Assembly: GCF_009914755.1 (NCBI RefSeq)
Contig: NC_060944.1
Direction: 5' to 3' (one strand)
From: the human T2T-CHM13v2.0 reference genome, Homo sapiens
Length of the DNA: 64,000 nucleotides
A program made the translations under genes and the position numbers. The notes under the pieces are model-generated. The model saw only the letters and a program-made list of their open reading frames with translations. It was not told where the DNA came from and made no database searches. Positions 17,400 through 29,959 of this stretch are shown here, in pieces; within the stretch, counting starts at the first letter, position 1; each line of letters opens with the position of its first letter.

Positions 17400-17725
17400 G
17401 TCTAAGAGAGGTGCCGGATGACGACTGGTACACACAGTCTCAAGGATGGGGATTCAGTAGGGAGTGGTGGGGACTATGGGGAGCTGGAATGAGCATGTCA
17501 CTAACAGAGATAGCCACTGTTCCGCTCCAGCCCTTGTTGCTATGTAGGCATGTGGGCCCAGTGTTTTGCTATGAGAATTTCCAATTTTTCAACAAATACC
17601 AGAAATCTGGATTTTTATGTAACGTTTTATATTTTTAAAACACTGATTCACTTGGAAGTAAAACACTGAACAGGCAAAATAAAACTCATTTTAGGCTAAA
17701 CTGCCACTTTGTAATGTCTGCTCTG
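17400..17725. mobile_element. MER102-like hAT-Charlie element
   Basis: GGCCCAGTGTT..ATTTTTCAA..CCAGAAATCTGGATTTTTATG core. Confidence 0.6.
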
Positions 17726-18099
17726 CACAAACTGGCTAACAGTAGAGTTAGAAGTCAGTAAACTACCCTGATGTCAAGTGGCTGGTTTGGCTGAGTTTTT
17801 ATTTCCTATTTGTTTGGGATTTGCATATTTATAGTGTACAGATGCAAATGAAAGGCTTTGCAGAAAAGTGGATTCTGAATCCAAAATATAATAGACAGGA
17901 AATAAAACAATGAAAAAAATACAGTCTTTGATTGCAGGTCTTTCTGCCTCCAAGCTCAGAGAAAACAAACAAAATGCAAAAACCTAATATGGGTAAACCC
18001 AGTAAGAAAAGTTTTTCAAAATCAGAAAACAAATAAATGGGGGTTTGGACCTTTGCATTCCAAAATTATTCTCAGCCAGATGGTGAATTTCTTGAATTA

Positions 18100-18480
18100 A
18101 GTCAGGGACCAGATTTTATTTATTTTTGTATCCAGGGCAGCTGGAAGCATCGAATCAAGTTTAAGTGAATGAATGAATCAATGAATGAATATTTCACATG
18201 GATTTATAGGTAATTAACATATGGCCCATGTGTTGGGGAGTGGCCCTGTGTGCGTTACCACCATGCTGTTTGGAGTCAGGAGACATGGCTTTTTATCTGA
18301 CCTACTCTTCCGTTTTAGCCACATTAGTTATGTAACCTCTGTGTGTCTCCATTTCTCATGTGTGAAGTGAGGATAATAAAAAATGCATACCTGTTAGTGC
18401 TGTGAAGATGCGATGGAACCTGCCTGTAACTGTACTTCATGGCCTGACATGGAGCTCGGGTCCAGTAAATGTTTCTGAGG
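18100..18480 (+). mobile_element. L2 3' end followed by MIR
   Basis: TGAATGAATGAAT L2 tail; MIR core TGGAGTCAG..AACCTCTGTGTGTCTCCATTTCTCATGTGTGAAGTGAGGATAATAA. Confidence 0.65.
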
Positions 18481-19429
18481 TTGATGCCTAGTTAGTTTTA
18501 AACAGTGGATTACCAGGGGAGTGGGCAGGAGAAGATGACACCTACTTTACTCCTCTTCAGGGACACGAATTTTGAGTCCAGCAACCTGAATTTGGACTAG
18601 CTTATGCCAACACATTCTTTCTATGGATTCTGTGAGAATCGGCTCAGGTCACCTCTTGGGCAGAGGTCTGAGGAATCTGGAAAGCAACCCAGTGCTGTTT
18701 CCAAAGCATTGTCAACAGCAATGAGGCAGATGCTGCCCTTGGGAATGATTCTTTGCTACAGAATTGGCCATTTTCAGCAACACACAGTGATGTTGTAATA
18801 AGGAGATAAAACATGTGAGTCTACAGCCGGCCTTTTATGGGGTGTTCGATGCATCCCAGTTGTTCTTAAATAAGCAAAGAGAAATTGCATCCTCTAGGCC
18901 GGTGGAAGCTTGCGGCTTTTCATTTTCTGCCTCTTTTTGGGTATTGTTGCTTTCCTTTTCACTTTGCTCTAATAAGGAATGTTCTCTCTAGAGCAAAATA
19001 AATGCCAATCTTATGCGTTTCTGAAGGGAGAGCTATTGTGGTTGGAAACTACTGAATAATTCTCAGAGTATTATTTTGTCATTATTACTCAACCTTTACT
19101 ATCATATTCCTGATGTTGGCTGGGACCTCCTGGTCCTCTGAGGCACATAGACAAGGTCAGGGCCAGCTCCCATCACGTCCCATACTCGGAAAGGAAAAAC
19201 CTGCACTGAAACTTCTCCTCTCCTCCAGTGGGCAGCAGGGTGAGCGGTGACTCAGAAGGTGGGAGCTCATTCTCATGGCTTCTTCGCATCCCAGGGGACA
19301 CCTGCCTTGCCTGTGGGCTATTTTGCCCCATGTTGAACCAGATGGAAAAAATCTTTTTCTTTACAAATCATAAATTTGCCCTGTTCACACACAATGTATG
19401 TGAATACAGAAACCTTAAAAAAAAAAAAA

Positions 19430-19828
<399 letters not shown>

Positions 19829-20109
19829 TTAAAATGCCCTTTGACCACCCCACTCCTTCGCCAGGGAGTTTCTCTGATTCACTCCATATTTCTTGCTCCT
19901 CCGTCAGATTGTTCCTAAAACTCCAAACTCTCAGGGTATTTGCAACCTCTGCAAGGTCCACGCTCTAACCTAACAACAAATCCATGAAGACACAGCAGGC
20001 AGCAAGGCATCCCTTCAATGGGGCATGCACCCCTTCAAGAGCAGTTGAAGTTACAAGAGGAATCTTTTATTTCTGTTATGTTTTCAACAATCACATTTAC
20101 TGGTTAATT

Positions 20110-20222
20110 AGTGAGGTGAGCATATGTCCTGGCTTATGCCAGTTGTTCTAGTGTGATTATTAAGAATGCCTGTGGGCACTGTCTAATTGTCCCACTTTCG
20201 ATCATGAATTAAATGGTCACTC
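20110..20222 (-). mobile_element. MER94/MER81-like hAT-Blackjack MITE
   Basis: GGTGAGCATATGTCC ... ATGGTCACTC terminal inverted repeats. Confidence 0.55.
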
Positions 20223-20251
20223 CATATACTTGCTTTACTCATTGCTTATCT

Positions 20252-20830
20252 GGAGTGGCACTATACAATAGATATATAATAGAAGCCAAATGTGTAATTT
20301 AAATTTTTCTGGTAGTCCTATTAAAACAAAAGGAAAAAGGTAAAATTACTTTTAATAATATACTTTTTCTCCTGCCTCAGCCTCCCAAGTAGCTGGGATT
20401 ACAGGCACCCACCACAACGCCTGGCTAATTTTTGTATTTTTTTAGTAGAGATGGGGTTTCATCATGTTGGCCAGGCTAGTCTTGAACTCCTGACCTCAGG
20501 TGATCCACCTGCCTCAGCCTCCCAAAATGCTAGTTGCAGTGAGCCGACATGGTGCCACTATCCTCCAGCCTGGGCAACAGAGTGAAACTCCATCTCAAAA
20601 AAATAAATACATATTATACTTTATTAACCCCATATATCCAAAATACTATCAATTTGACATGTTGTCCACATAAAACATGTAATGGGATACTTTACCTTTC
20701 TCTTTTGTAGGAAATCCTTGAAATCCAGCAGAGCATGTATTTTAATTGTGGCACCTCTCAGTTTGGACTAACTACATTCCAAGTGCTCAATAGCAAAATA
20801 TGGCTATTGGCCACTGGATTGGATGCTCAG
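20252..20830. mobile_element. MER33 hAT-Charlie MITE, split by an Alu
   Basis: TGTAATTTAAATTTTTCTGGTAG..., ATATATCCAAAATA, CAAGTGCTCAATAGC motifs. Confidence 0.75.
20367..20610. mobile_element. Rearranged Alu: inverted 5' part (20367-20531, minus) plus forward 3' end (20532-20610, plus)
   Basis: Antisense TTCTCCTGCCTCAGCC...CCCAAAATGCT joined to sense GTTGCAGTGAGCC...CTCAAAAAAA; TSD ATA(A/T)TATACTTT. Confidence 0.9.
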
Positions 20831-21070
20831 ATCTAGGTCCATATTACTCATTTTTATAAATGTTTTAATGGTACAATGAATAATCACAGAATAATCACAG
20901 AAGGTAGAAGCTGTAAAATTGTACTTTGAGTGTGGGGAGGGGTACATAAGGACCTCTTTCCAAAAGTTGAATATCTTATGGAACTTTAATATGTAAGATC
21001 AGCACAAATAGCATAGTGTTAGAATAAATTATTGTGTATAAATTTAAAATTTCAATATATAGTTAATATA

Positions 21071-22380
21071 CAAGGGGACTTCAAAATGTTCATGGAAAAA
21101 TCGAATTAAGAGATAAAAATAAAGAATATAAACTTTCTTAACATAAGCTCCATTAAGGTCAAGATACTTTTGTAAGCAAGGACACCAACCATTTAGACCA
21201 TCCCCAAAGAACTGAGCATCCTGGGAATTGAACCATGTCAGTTCAGTCCTTTTTCCATTATTAACTGAAGAAAAATGGGTTTCCTTTACAATTTTTTTAA
21301 TATTAGGAGACAAAAAAAAAAGTCAAAAGGAGACAAATCAGGTCTGTAAGGTGCATGCCTAATGATTTTCCATCAAAATATTCCCCAAATTGCCCTTGTT
21401 TGATGAAAGGAATGAGCAGGAACATTCTCGTGGTGGAGAAGGACTCTCTGGTAGGCTTTCCTGGGTTTTTTTGCTGCTGACGCTTTGGCTTTCTCAAAAC
21501 ACTGTCATAACAAGCAGATGTTATTGTTCTTTGGCCTCATAGGAGTCAGTAAGCAAATTTGAGCAGCCCAAAAAGCTGTTGTCATGACTTTTGGTCTAGC
21601 CCAGTGCCCTTGTATTTTGACTGGGTCACTCTTGGTAGCTGTTGCTTTGGTTGTGCTTTGTCTTCGGGATGGTACTGGTGAAGCCATGTTTCACTCCCTG
21701 TTACAATTCTTTAAAGAAGTGCTTCAGGAGCTTGATTCCACTTGTTTAAAATTTTCATTGAAAGCTCGTCACTTGTCTGCAGCTGATATAGGTGCAACAA
21801 TTTTGGCACCCATTGAGTAGAAATTTGCTCAACTGTATTTTTTCAGTCAGAATTGTGCAAACTGAACCAACTGAGATGTCTATGGTGTTGGTGATTGATT
21901 GCACTGTTAATTGTCAATCCTCTTCAATTAGGGCATGAACATGATGCATGTTTTCCTTGCAAATTAGGGGTGTGGTCTCTGCTGCTGCAGGCTTCATCTT
22001 CAACATTGTGTTGTCTCTTCGTATAATGAGTTATCCATTTGTAAACTGATGATTTCTTTGGGGCATTGTCCTCATACATTTTTTGTAAAGCATCAATCAT
22101 TTCACACTCTTCCACACAAACTTCACCATAAACTTGATGTTTGTTCTTGTTTCATTTTTAGCAGAATTCATGTTGCTCTGATAGGGGCTCTTTGCAAACT
22201 GTTGTCTTATCCTTCTTAGTACTTCAAACTAGATCCTATTCAGACAAGTTATAAGAAGTTAGTATGAGTTTATTTTGGTGCAAAAATTGACAATTTTCAA
22301 AAAAAATTAAAAAATTTTTTGAAATCCACACATAGTTTTTAAATAATACATATTTTCCAAGATTTGTTGAAGCTATCTTG
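21071..22380 (-). mobile_element. Full-length Hsmar2 mariner DNA transposon
   Basis: TIR CAAGGGGACTTCAAAATGTTCATGGAAAA and a degenerate partner, TA on both flanks, about 1.31 kb. Confidence 0.93.
21130..22171 (-). pseudogene. Disrupted Hsmar2 transposase
   Basis: ATG at 22171 (MNSAK..); fragments IDALQKMYEDNAPKKSSVYKWI, IVTGSETW, LLHHENV, HAPYRPDLSPFD, QKYLDLNGAYV; multiple frameshifts. Confidence 0.9.
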
Positions 22381-22459
22381 TATATTTAATAAATATAATA
22401 AGAAAATTAAAAGAAACGATTTGTAAAATGTTAAAATAATCAACCTCATGTTTCTGCCA

Positions 22460-23620
22460 CTCAACTTCAACACCTACCATTCCCTGATAATCTCGTTTTA
22501 CAAGTACTCCTGCCCACTCCCCAACTAATGGTTTTAAGATTTACATGTATCTCTGAGAGATAAAGATTCTTGTTTTTACACATAGCTACAATAGTATTTA
22601 AAATATCAATAATTACTCAATTTCATTCACTACCTAGTCAGTGCACAAATTTCCCCAGGTACCTTATAAATTTTTCTTTTACATTTAGTTTGTTCAAATC
22701 AGAGTCTAAATAAGGTCCATACACTGCAATTGGTTGATAAATTTCTCAATATTTTTTATCTGTATTTTTCCTCATCTCTTATAATTTACTGGTTTATTAG
22801 TCCTATGGAGTTTTTCGCAGTTTCGATTTTAATGCTTGATTCTCTGGGGTGTTATTTAATGTTCCTCTGTTCTCTGTGCATCTGTAAACTGATAGGGCTA
22901 AAGGTTGGAGGAAATTCCGAATAGAAACTTTGGCAAAAATATTTCATAGGTAGCATCAAAGGGTACATCACATCTGGATGCCTTTTTCTTCTTTTTGAGT
23001 TTGCGTGCGTGTGTGTGTGTGTGTGTGAGAGAGAGAGATGGGTGGGGAGAGGGACAAAAGGAAGAAAAAAGGTAGAGAGATTGAGAGATGGGGGGAGGAA
23101 CAGAGAGAGTGGGCAGAGAGAGAAAGAGAGAGATTACATCAGTCATTGTTGATCACTGCATAAGACCTTAATTCAGTAAGTGTGACAACATTAGAATGCC
23201 CTTGTTCTGTCATTTATTTCTCATTTGTTTGGTGGAACGTCTCTGTCAGAATAATTCTTCCAATTCAAGTCCTTGGTTACTCTGAGATATAGTTTGTATA
23301 GGAAATTTAGGATAAAAACTTAAATCTTTCCCCTTTTATTTACTAATTTTCAAAATAACTTCACTTCCTGGCATTCTCCAGAGGTGACCAATCAGTTTTT
23401 ATTTTCTTTTTTGTTTTCGAGGTAGAGGATGGTATTATTAACTCATAGGTTTGAACATGTTTGATGTACTTCAATGGACTGTGATTATCTCTGGCCAGTG
23501 GGAGCTGCTGCAGGTTGATTGTGACTTTGTCTGCTGTCAGACATGACACGATGTCTAGGCTAATCTTGTACATTTCTCGACCTACAACTTTGATTCAGCC
23601 ATTTCCCCATGAGGAAATTG
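22460..23620 (-). mobile_element. L1MC-like 3' end split by a microsatellite
   Basis: TTTGTTCAAATCAGAGTCTAAATAAGGTCCATACACTGCAATTGG and CAGCCATTTCCCCA, antisense to the motifs seen at 10.3-11.2 kb. Confidence 0.6.
23002..23132. repeat. (GT)n followed by (GA)n/GA-rich tract
   Basis: Seen directly. Confidence 0.9.
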
Positions 23621-24667
23621 AAACCGAGAATAGCATCAGCGTTGAAACTGGGGTTGCATTATTTAAAACTCTTTTGCTTGCAAGTAGCAGGAATTCCAAC
23701 CCAAACTGCCCAGGCATGGTGTCATTCATTGGCTCCCATGATATAAAGAGCTGGGACTGGATTTGGGGGCAGGCTGACACAGGGGCTCAAGCCCTCTATG
23801 GGAGCTGGTGTCTCTCCCTCCACTTCCCTGCTGCATTTCCTTTAGGTGGCCCCAGGGGAGATATTAAAACTATTTAGCAACCACGCACTGAGGATCAGAA
23901 GGAACACAGGCCAAAGTTTTGAGTGGCTCCTGGAAGACCCCTGCTGTGCCAGCATTACTTCTTCAGTTGCTGCATTGTGGGGAGATACAGGAGGACCAGA
24001 GGAGGAGCTGGGGTGACAGGTGGTAGAGGGAGAACTTGGAGGACCTGAGGGTGGTGGCTATTTGCCAGCAAGTATGGCGGTATTTTGACAGTTTAACAAC
24101 CAACTCAGTCTCCCCAGGGCTACCTAGTCTAGTTGGTTCCATTCTCTGACCCGCTCTTTGCACATGGTGGCCAGATGGCCGTACTCCTCACATCCAGCCA
24201 AGAAAGGCAAGGCTAACCCAAGTCCAGAGAGTCACTTGGATGGACTGAGGTGGACCGTGTGCCCGGGAATGAGCTGAGTTGATTAGCTCGTCCCAGGCTC
24301 CATTCCAGGAGCTGGGGCCAGAGCTGCACGTGTACCAGGACTGAGCATGGGGAGGTGAAGACCATAAATAAAAATTGGGATTATGACCAGGGGAAAGGGT
24401 ACCAGCTGTGGCAGGACAGCACCATGTGCCCACCACAGAAGGGGCAGAGGACATTTGCACCTTATGTTAGTTTCAAGGTCAAATTTGCTTTTATGTTTTG
24501 TTTTGGTTGCAGAATATTAAGAATGTTAGGCTTCACATTGGTATAGAGGTAAAAATTGTAGATGTTTTCAACACCTTGCCTTCCTATCTCATCAATTACA
24601 CTAATCAGTGTGATTGAAAGAGAAGCAGTAGGAAACATTTTCCAACATGAATTGAAACACCAACAAT

Positions 24668-24815
24668 CAGGACTGGTGTGTAATTTGTGGGACCTAATGC
24701 GAAATGAAAAGGTGGATCCCTTGTTCAAAAGTTATTAAAAATGTCAAGACAGCAATGGCAGAGTAGTAAACCTGTGGGGCCCTGTGTGTCTGTACAGCAT
24801 TGCCAACAATATCTG
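24668..24815 (-). mobile_element. MER45A-like hAT-Tip100 MITE
   Basis: TAATTTGTGGGACC..AAATGAAAA..CCCTTGTTCAAAAGTTATTAAAAATGTCAAGACAGC..GGGGCCCTGTG. Confidence 0.7.
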
Positions 24816-24999
24816 GTAACAGCCCACATTTCTTTCCTTGAATAGAAAGATCAGACAAGAAGCACCCTAAAATTTCAAGTGCTGAAATGTCTATATGAAC
24901 TAAGGGTCAACCTCAATGTGGTGTGTACTCACCGTTGTGCACAGTTAGTGCAGTGGTGAGGAGGCCAGGCTCTGGCCTCTTAATGCTTCTGTTTTTCAG

Positions 25000-25150
25000 T
25001 TCTCCCCACTCACTGGCTCTGTGGCCTTGGGCCAATGATTTCACTCCACCTCACTTTATCCTCTCCCTCTGTAAAATGCGAGAATAACATGATCTACCTT
25101 GTGGGATTGTTTTAAGGATTTGGTATGAGATATGAAAATAATTTGAAAGG
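25000..25150 (+). mobile_element. MIR
   Basis: CTGTGGCCTTGGGCCAA..CTGTAAAATG..ACCTTGTGGGATTGTTTTAAGGATT. Confidence 0.65.
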
Positions 25151-25959
25151 AGATCATGGAAATTAATGTACTCAGAACGGGGCTGTTACAGAATGGTCAC
25201 TCTACGTAGGCTTTAGCTGGTATCTCAGTGACAAATGTTATAGTTATTATACCTAAAGCGTGCATACACAATGTGTCATACATGTAGGCGTACTGCATGT
25301 GATGCTGGAGCACGCCCCACACAGGTGCTTCCCAGTCTTGCCTGGCACGTGGTTGAGAGAGGCACGTGTGTGCTTCATCAGCTTGATGCTTAGATAATTT
25401 TATCTGAGTAAAATGGAAAAAGCACTGAATTTTTTAAATGCACAATGCAGAGTTACAGCCTTCTTAACCAGTAAAACATGTTCAAGGAAGTTAAATTATG
25501 CACAAAAATTGCGTGAGAATTTATTCGAAGTTCTGCAGAAACACAGTTTAACCTGTGCTATAATTTGATATATATGACATTTAAGCATATTGCTCTTTAT
25601 TATACAGGTTTTTTTGAAAATAGTTAAAATACATTTTAAGAAAAAGAAATTTGAGCACAATCTTGGCAGAACCCTTGAACTTCTTATCATTTCCACAAAG
25701 GTCTTTGTGATCCTGGGATATGGGGCCCCCAGAGAAAGGCCTCATAAGTGAGTTCCTTACAATGGGCACCTGCTTTTTATTATTAAACAGTAAAAAGAAA
25801 ATCCCTTCCCAAACCCAAACTTGATTGAAACTTCATCTTAAAATAATGAAATGAAACTAGGAAGATATGTTTATCTTATAATTAATATTTACATTATAAT
25901 CACAACTATAAGCTAATTTTAAAATAGAGAAAGAATAAACCAAGTTGACTTCCTTCCAA

Positions 25960-26900
25960 TTTTTTTTTAATTGTGGTAAAATATATGTAACCTAAAATGT
26001 AGCATTTTAACCAATTTTAGCATATAGTCAGTGGCATTGAGGACATTCCCATTGTAAAACCCTCACCTTCATATATCTCCAAAACTTTTTCATCATCCCA
26101 AACTAAAGCTCTGTCCCCATTAACCAACAACTCTCCATTCCCCCTTCCCCCAGCCCCTGGCAGCCACCATGCAACTTCCCCTCCCTATGCATTCGACCAC
26201 TCTAGGTACGTCATATAAGTGAAATCACACATGGTGGTCCTTTTGTGACTAGTGAGTGTTAATTGTTTGTAGAATTTTCCAAACCAGGTTGTATGACAGC
26301 ACAATAAAATATCCTTCCCTTTCTGCTTGACTTTCACAGAACCATCAGGAAGAGGACATTTTGTAGAGTCATTCAAGGGCTTCATTCAAGGGCTTCATCA
26401 ATTTTGCAAGAATATTCTTTAAGTTTTTATGTGGAAATGAGTTATAGTAAAGTATTACTTGAGCACAGTGCATGTCTTCTGTCTTCAGCCCAGTCAACTT
26501 TCACATCCGGGTACTTCCATGTGGCCATCCTCAGATGCAGATCTAGAACATGGCCACCACCCAGAGTCTTCTCACGTGATTCTTTGCAGGTGTTAACTCC
26601 TCTCCACTCACAGGTCACCGCTGTGCTGACTTTCCTTACCTCAGGCTAGTTTCCCCTCTTCCCCAACCTCATAGAAATGGAGTTGTTATCCTGAGTTCTT
26701 CTGCGTCTGGCTTTTCACCCAGCCTGTCTGTCATCTGTGAGGCTCATCCTGGCGACTGTTCTTTGCAGCTCACTCGTTGTTATGACTTTGAGCTATTTCT
26801 TGCCATGCAAGTACTATCATTTATTTATCCATTCCTCTCCTGATGGACCTTTGGGTTGTTTTAATTGCCTGTTATAAAGATGCTATAACCACTCTGCCAA
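25960..26900 (-). mobile_element. L1MB and L1ME 3'-end fragments
   Basis: TTAATTGTGGTAAAATATATGTAAC..CCCCAGCCCCTGGCAGCCACC..ATAAGTGAAATCA. Confidence 0.7.
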
Positions 26901-27124
26901 GAACATTTCTTAATTCAAATGATTTTTTCTTCGAAAATGTCTGCGTTGTCACCATTCTTATAAATTCTCTTTTCGGTTCTTGTCTCTGCCGAAGAATCCT
27001 CTTGCGAATGCCTCTGCACAAGACTCTGTGTTTTCCAAAATCACAGTTATCTGTTTCATAACACCATACATCATTTGTGAGATCTTTACACTTCCTTTGA
27101 AACCAATTTGTCTTGTCCTTTTAG

Positions 27125-27203
27125 ATGCTGACAACATGAGCCTCCCGTGGTCGGAACGGGCTTGTGAAGGCGGTGCTGGGGTGCACCAGGGCAGCAGCTA
27201 CAG
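27125..27203 (+). other. Candidate 79-nt internal exon of an unidentified (probably non-coding) transcript
   Basis: Acceptor TTTGTCTTGTCCTTTTAG and consensus donor CAG|GTGAGT; GC-rich, CpG-retaining body in unique DNA. Confidence 0.45.
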
Positions 27204-28002
27204 GTGAGTAGGCGGGGACATTTGAAAGGGGCTAATTTTCTCGTGGTCCTTTATAGGGGGATGTTTGTATGTTAAGACAGCTCTTTCTTCCCTATACAAC
27301 TCTGTAGCTGGGGTTGAGTGCATGTAAACTCAGCTAACAAAATCTTCTTGCATTCGGTTTGAGGTCTATTGCTCTGCAGAATCCCCAGGCCTGCCACTTT
27401 CCTGGCACATCTTCTCAGCCCTTAGGCTCAGGCTGCAGTCTTTGATTAGTGGTGCATGTATGTGCGACGGGGACAGTTGTCACTGAAATTACAGACAGCT
27501 GAATGGTGATTTGAATTGCATGAGCATTAAGGCCTTTCTTAAGAGAGATATGCAAAACCCATGGTTTGATTCTCTTGAAGCATCGGGAAGGCCTGTATAG
27601 ATAAATCCCCCTGACATCAACATAGCGGGGACACTCTAAGAACCTAATTTTAATGAATATACATTTTGACTTTCCAACTGCAAGAGAATGAGGGCAGATT
27701 TGTTTAGATCTTCCTAATTAATAGCCCAGGTTGACTGTACTTTTCTGTTTAATATAACTGATTTCATCTCATTAAGGGAGAGGTAGAAATTAGATGCATT
27801 CTCCACTTCCTGGTAAGAATATCTTCTTATTATAAGCTGGGCATAAAAACCCATCATGGCATGCGTACTGGGACTGCTGTGTTCTGGGTGGAGCCACGTT
27901 CGGAAGACCTTGTCTGTAATGAAATGGGACATTTTTCTGTACTTAGTTAATAATCTTTGGGCAGCATTTGATCATTTGAAAAAAGTCACACCATTCACTT
28001 GA

Positions 28003-28392
<390 letters not shown>

Positions 28393-29959
28393 TGAGGTGT
28401 TTTTTTAGTCAGGTAATTGAGGTGTTTCCACCAGGACGAAGCCTCTCGGTGGCTGAGAGGGACCCCACTGAACTCTCTGCTGACCGATGGGGGAGCATGC
28501 TAAGTGCTTAGGAACATTAGCACATACCTTGTGAAACTGATGTTTTTATGGTCAAAAAGGGTTGGATATCAGCACTTCCATAAGATACAGTGGACATTGG
28601 GACGCACATTTACTCCCAGTGACCCCCCACTCTGTTCCTTGGTGCTCTGTGTCCCCACCTCAGCTGCTCTGGGCTGTGGCTTTCTGCTCAGCAGTTCTTG
28701 TTTTGTTACTGCTGTTGTTGCCTTGGGGTGAGAAAGGATTTGTATCCGCACACAGAGGAAGATGAAAAATGTCATATTTCTTTATTTCGTAAAAGACTGA
28801 ATTAAATACGACTCTCAAGCAATATCTTGGCAGGCTGGTGGGAAATTCAATCTCAGACATTTTGGACTTCCTTGTGCCTTCCTTTTGGGGCACAGACATT
28901 CTGGAGGTTTTGGTGAGTTCGAGGGTGGCTGTGCTGGTCTCCATCTCTGGTGCTCACTACTGATGACCTTGTGCATGCTGTATCATTATTTCGAAAGATG
29001 ATTTTATCTCAGTGTTTTGAATAAACATTTTCCACTGTGCTCCAAGGGCCTCCCAGTGGACTGATGGGTATTAGTTCCCAGATATGGGTCTTTGTGGAGG
29101 TTGTAGGCCCCGTGAGGCAGGGGACCACACCTGTCTTAATCACTGCTTCACCTCCAGAGCCCGGAACAGCGCCTGGTTCATAGTGTCCAATAATTATTGA
29201 GTGATTGATTTAGACGGAAAAAGTCTCAGGGGTAACTGAATCAGGAAGTTGAGGATTTTAGGAGTAATCTGGATACAGTTCCTTCTGGACTAACAGACAA
29301 CTTAGGTAGAGAAAACATTGTTGAAATATACTTACATTATTCAGCAGAAAGAGACCTGAGGAATAATAAAACACTAGAAAGGAAATCACTAAGGAATTAT
29401 CAGTAGACTTTCTGCAAGCAGTACATTTGTATAATTTATTACTGGATATATAACAATATGATCTCTTTTAAAATATACTTATTTCAATATAACATACATA
29501 AATGTACATAAATAATACTTTGTGTAGTTAATGAGTCTTTACCTACTCAAAGGAAGAAAGAGAAGGTTATCAGCATCTAGAAAGCACACTCCTGCCCCCT
29601 CCCAATTACAGCCTTCTCAAAATCTAATCCCTATCAGAGGGTCTATCATTAGGAATTAATTCTGATTGTTGAACTTTATACCCAATGTGTACAGAGTGTG
29701 CTTTCTTTTGTGTTGGACTTCCTTCACTCATCGTTATGTGTGGGAGATGCACCCATGTTGTGTGTGGTTGTAGTGTATTCATTTTCATTGCAATGTAATA
29801 TTCCACTGAAGAAGAAGTCGTGATTTATGCATTATACTGTTGAGGGCCGTTTGGGATGCCTACAATAAATAACAGTGCTATAACATCCTTGTTCCTGTTT
29901 CTGGTGGATTCATGCAAACATTTCTATTGAGTGGAATTCTATTTAGGAGTGGAATTACT

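Noticed and set aside
21044-22115. Transposase ORFs as a domesticated SETMAR-like gene
   Set aside because: The element is Hsmar2 rather than Hsmar1, is frameshifted, and has altered catalytic residues
26370-26398. 13-bp tandem duplication CATTCAAGGGCTT (similar micro-duplications near 20880, 42450 and 56800)
   Set aside because: Ordinary slippage duplications with no sign of function
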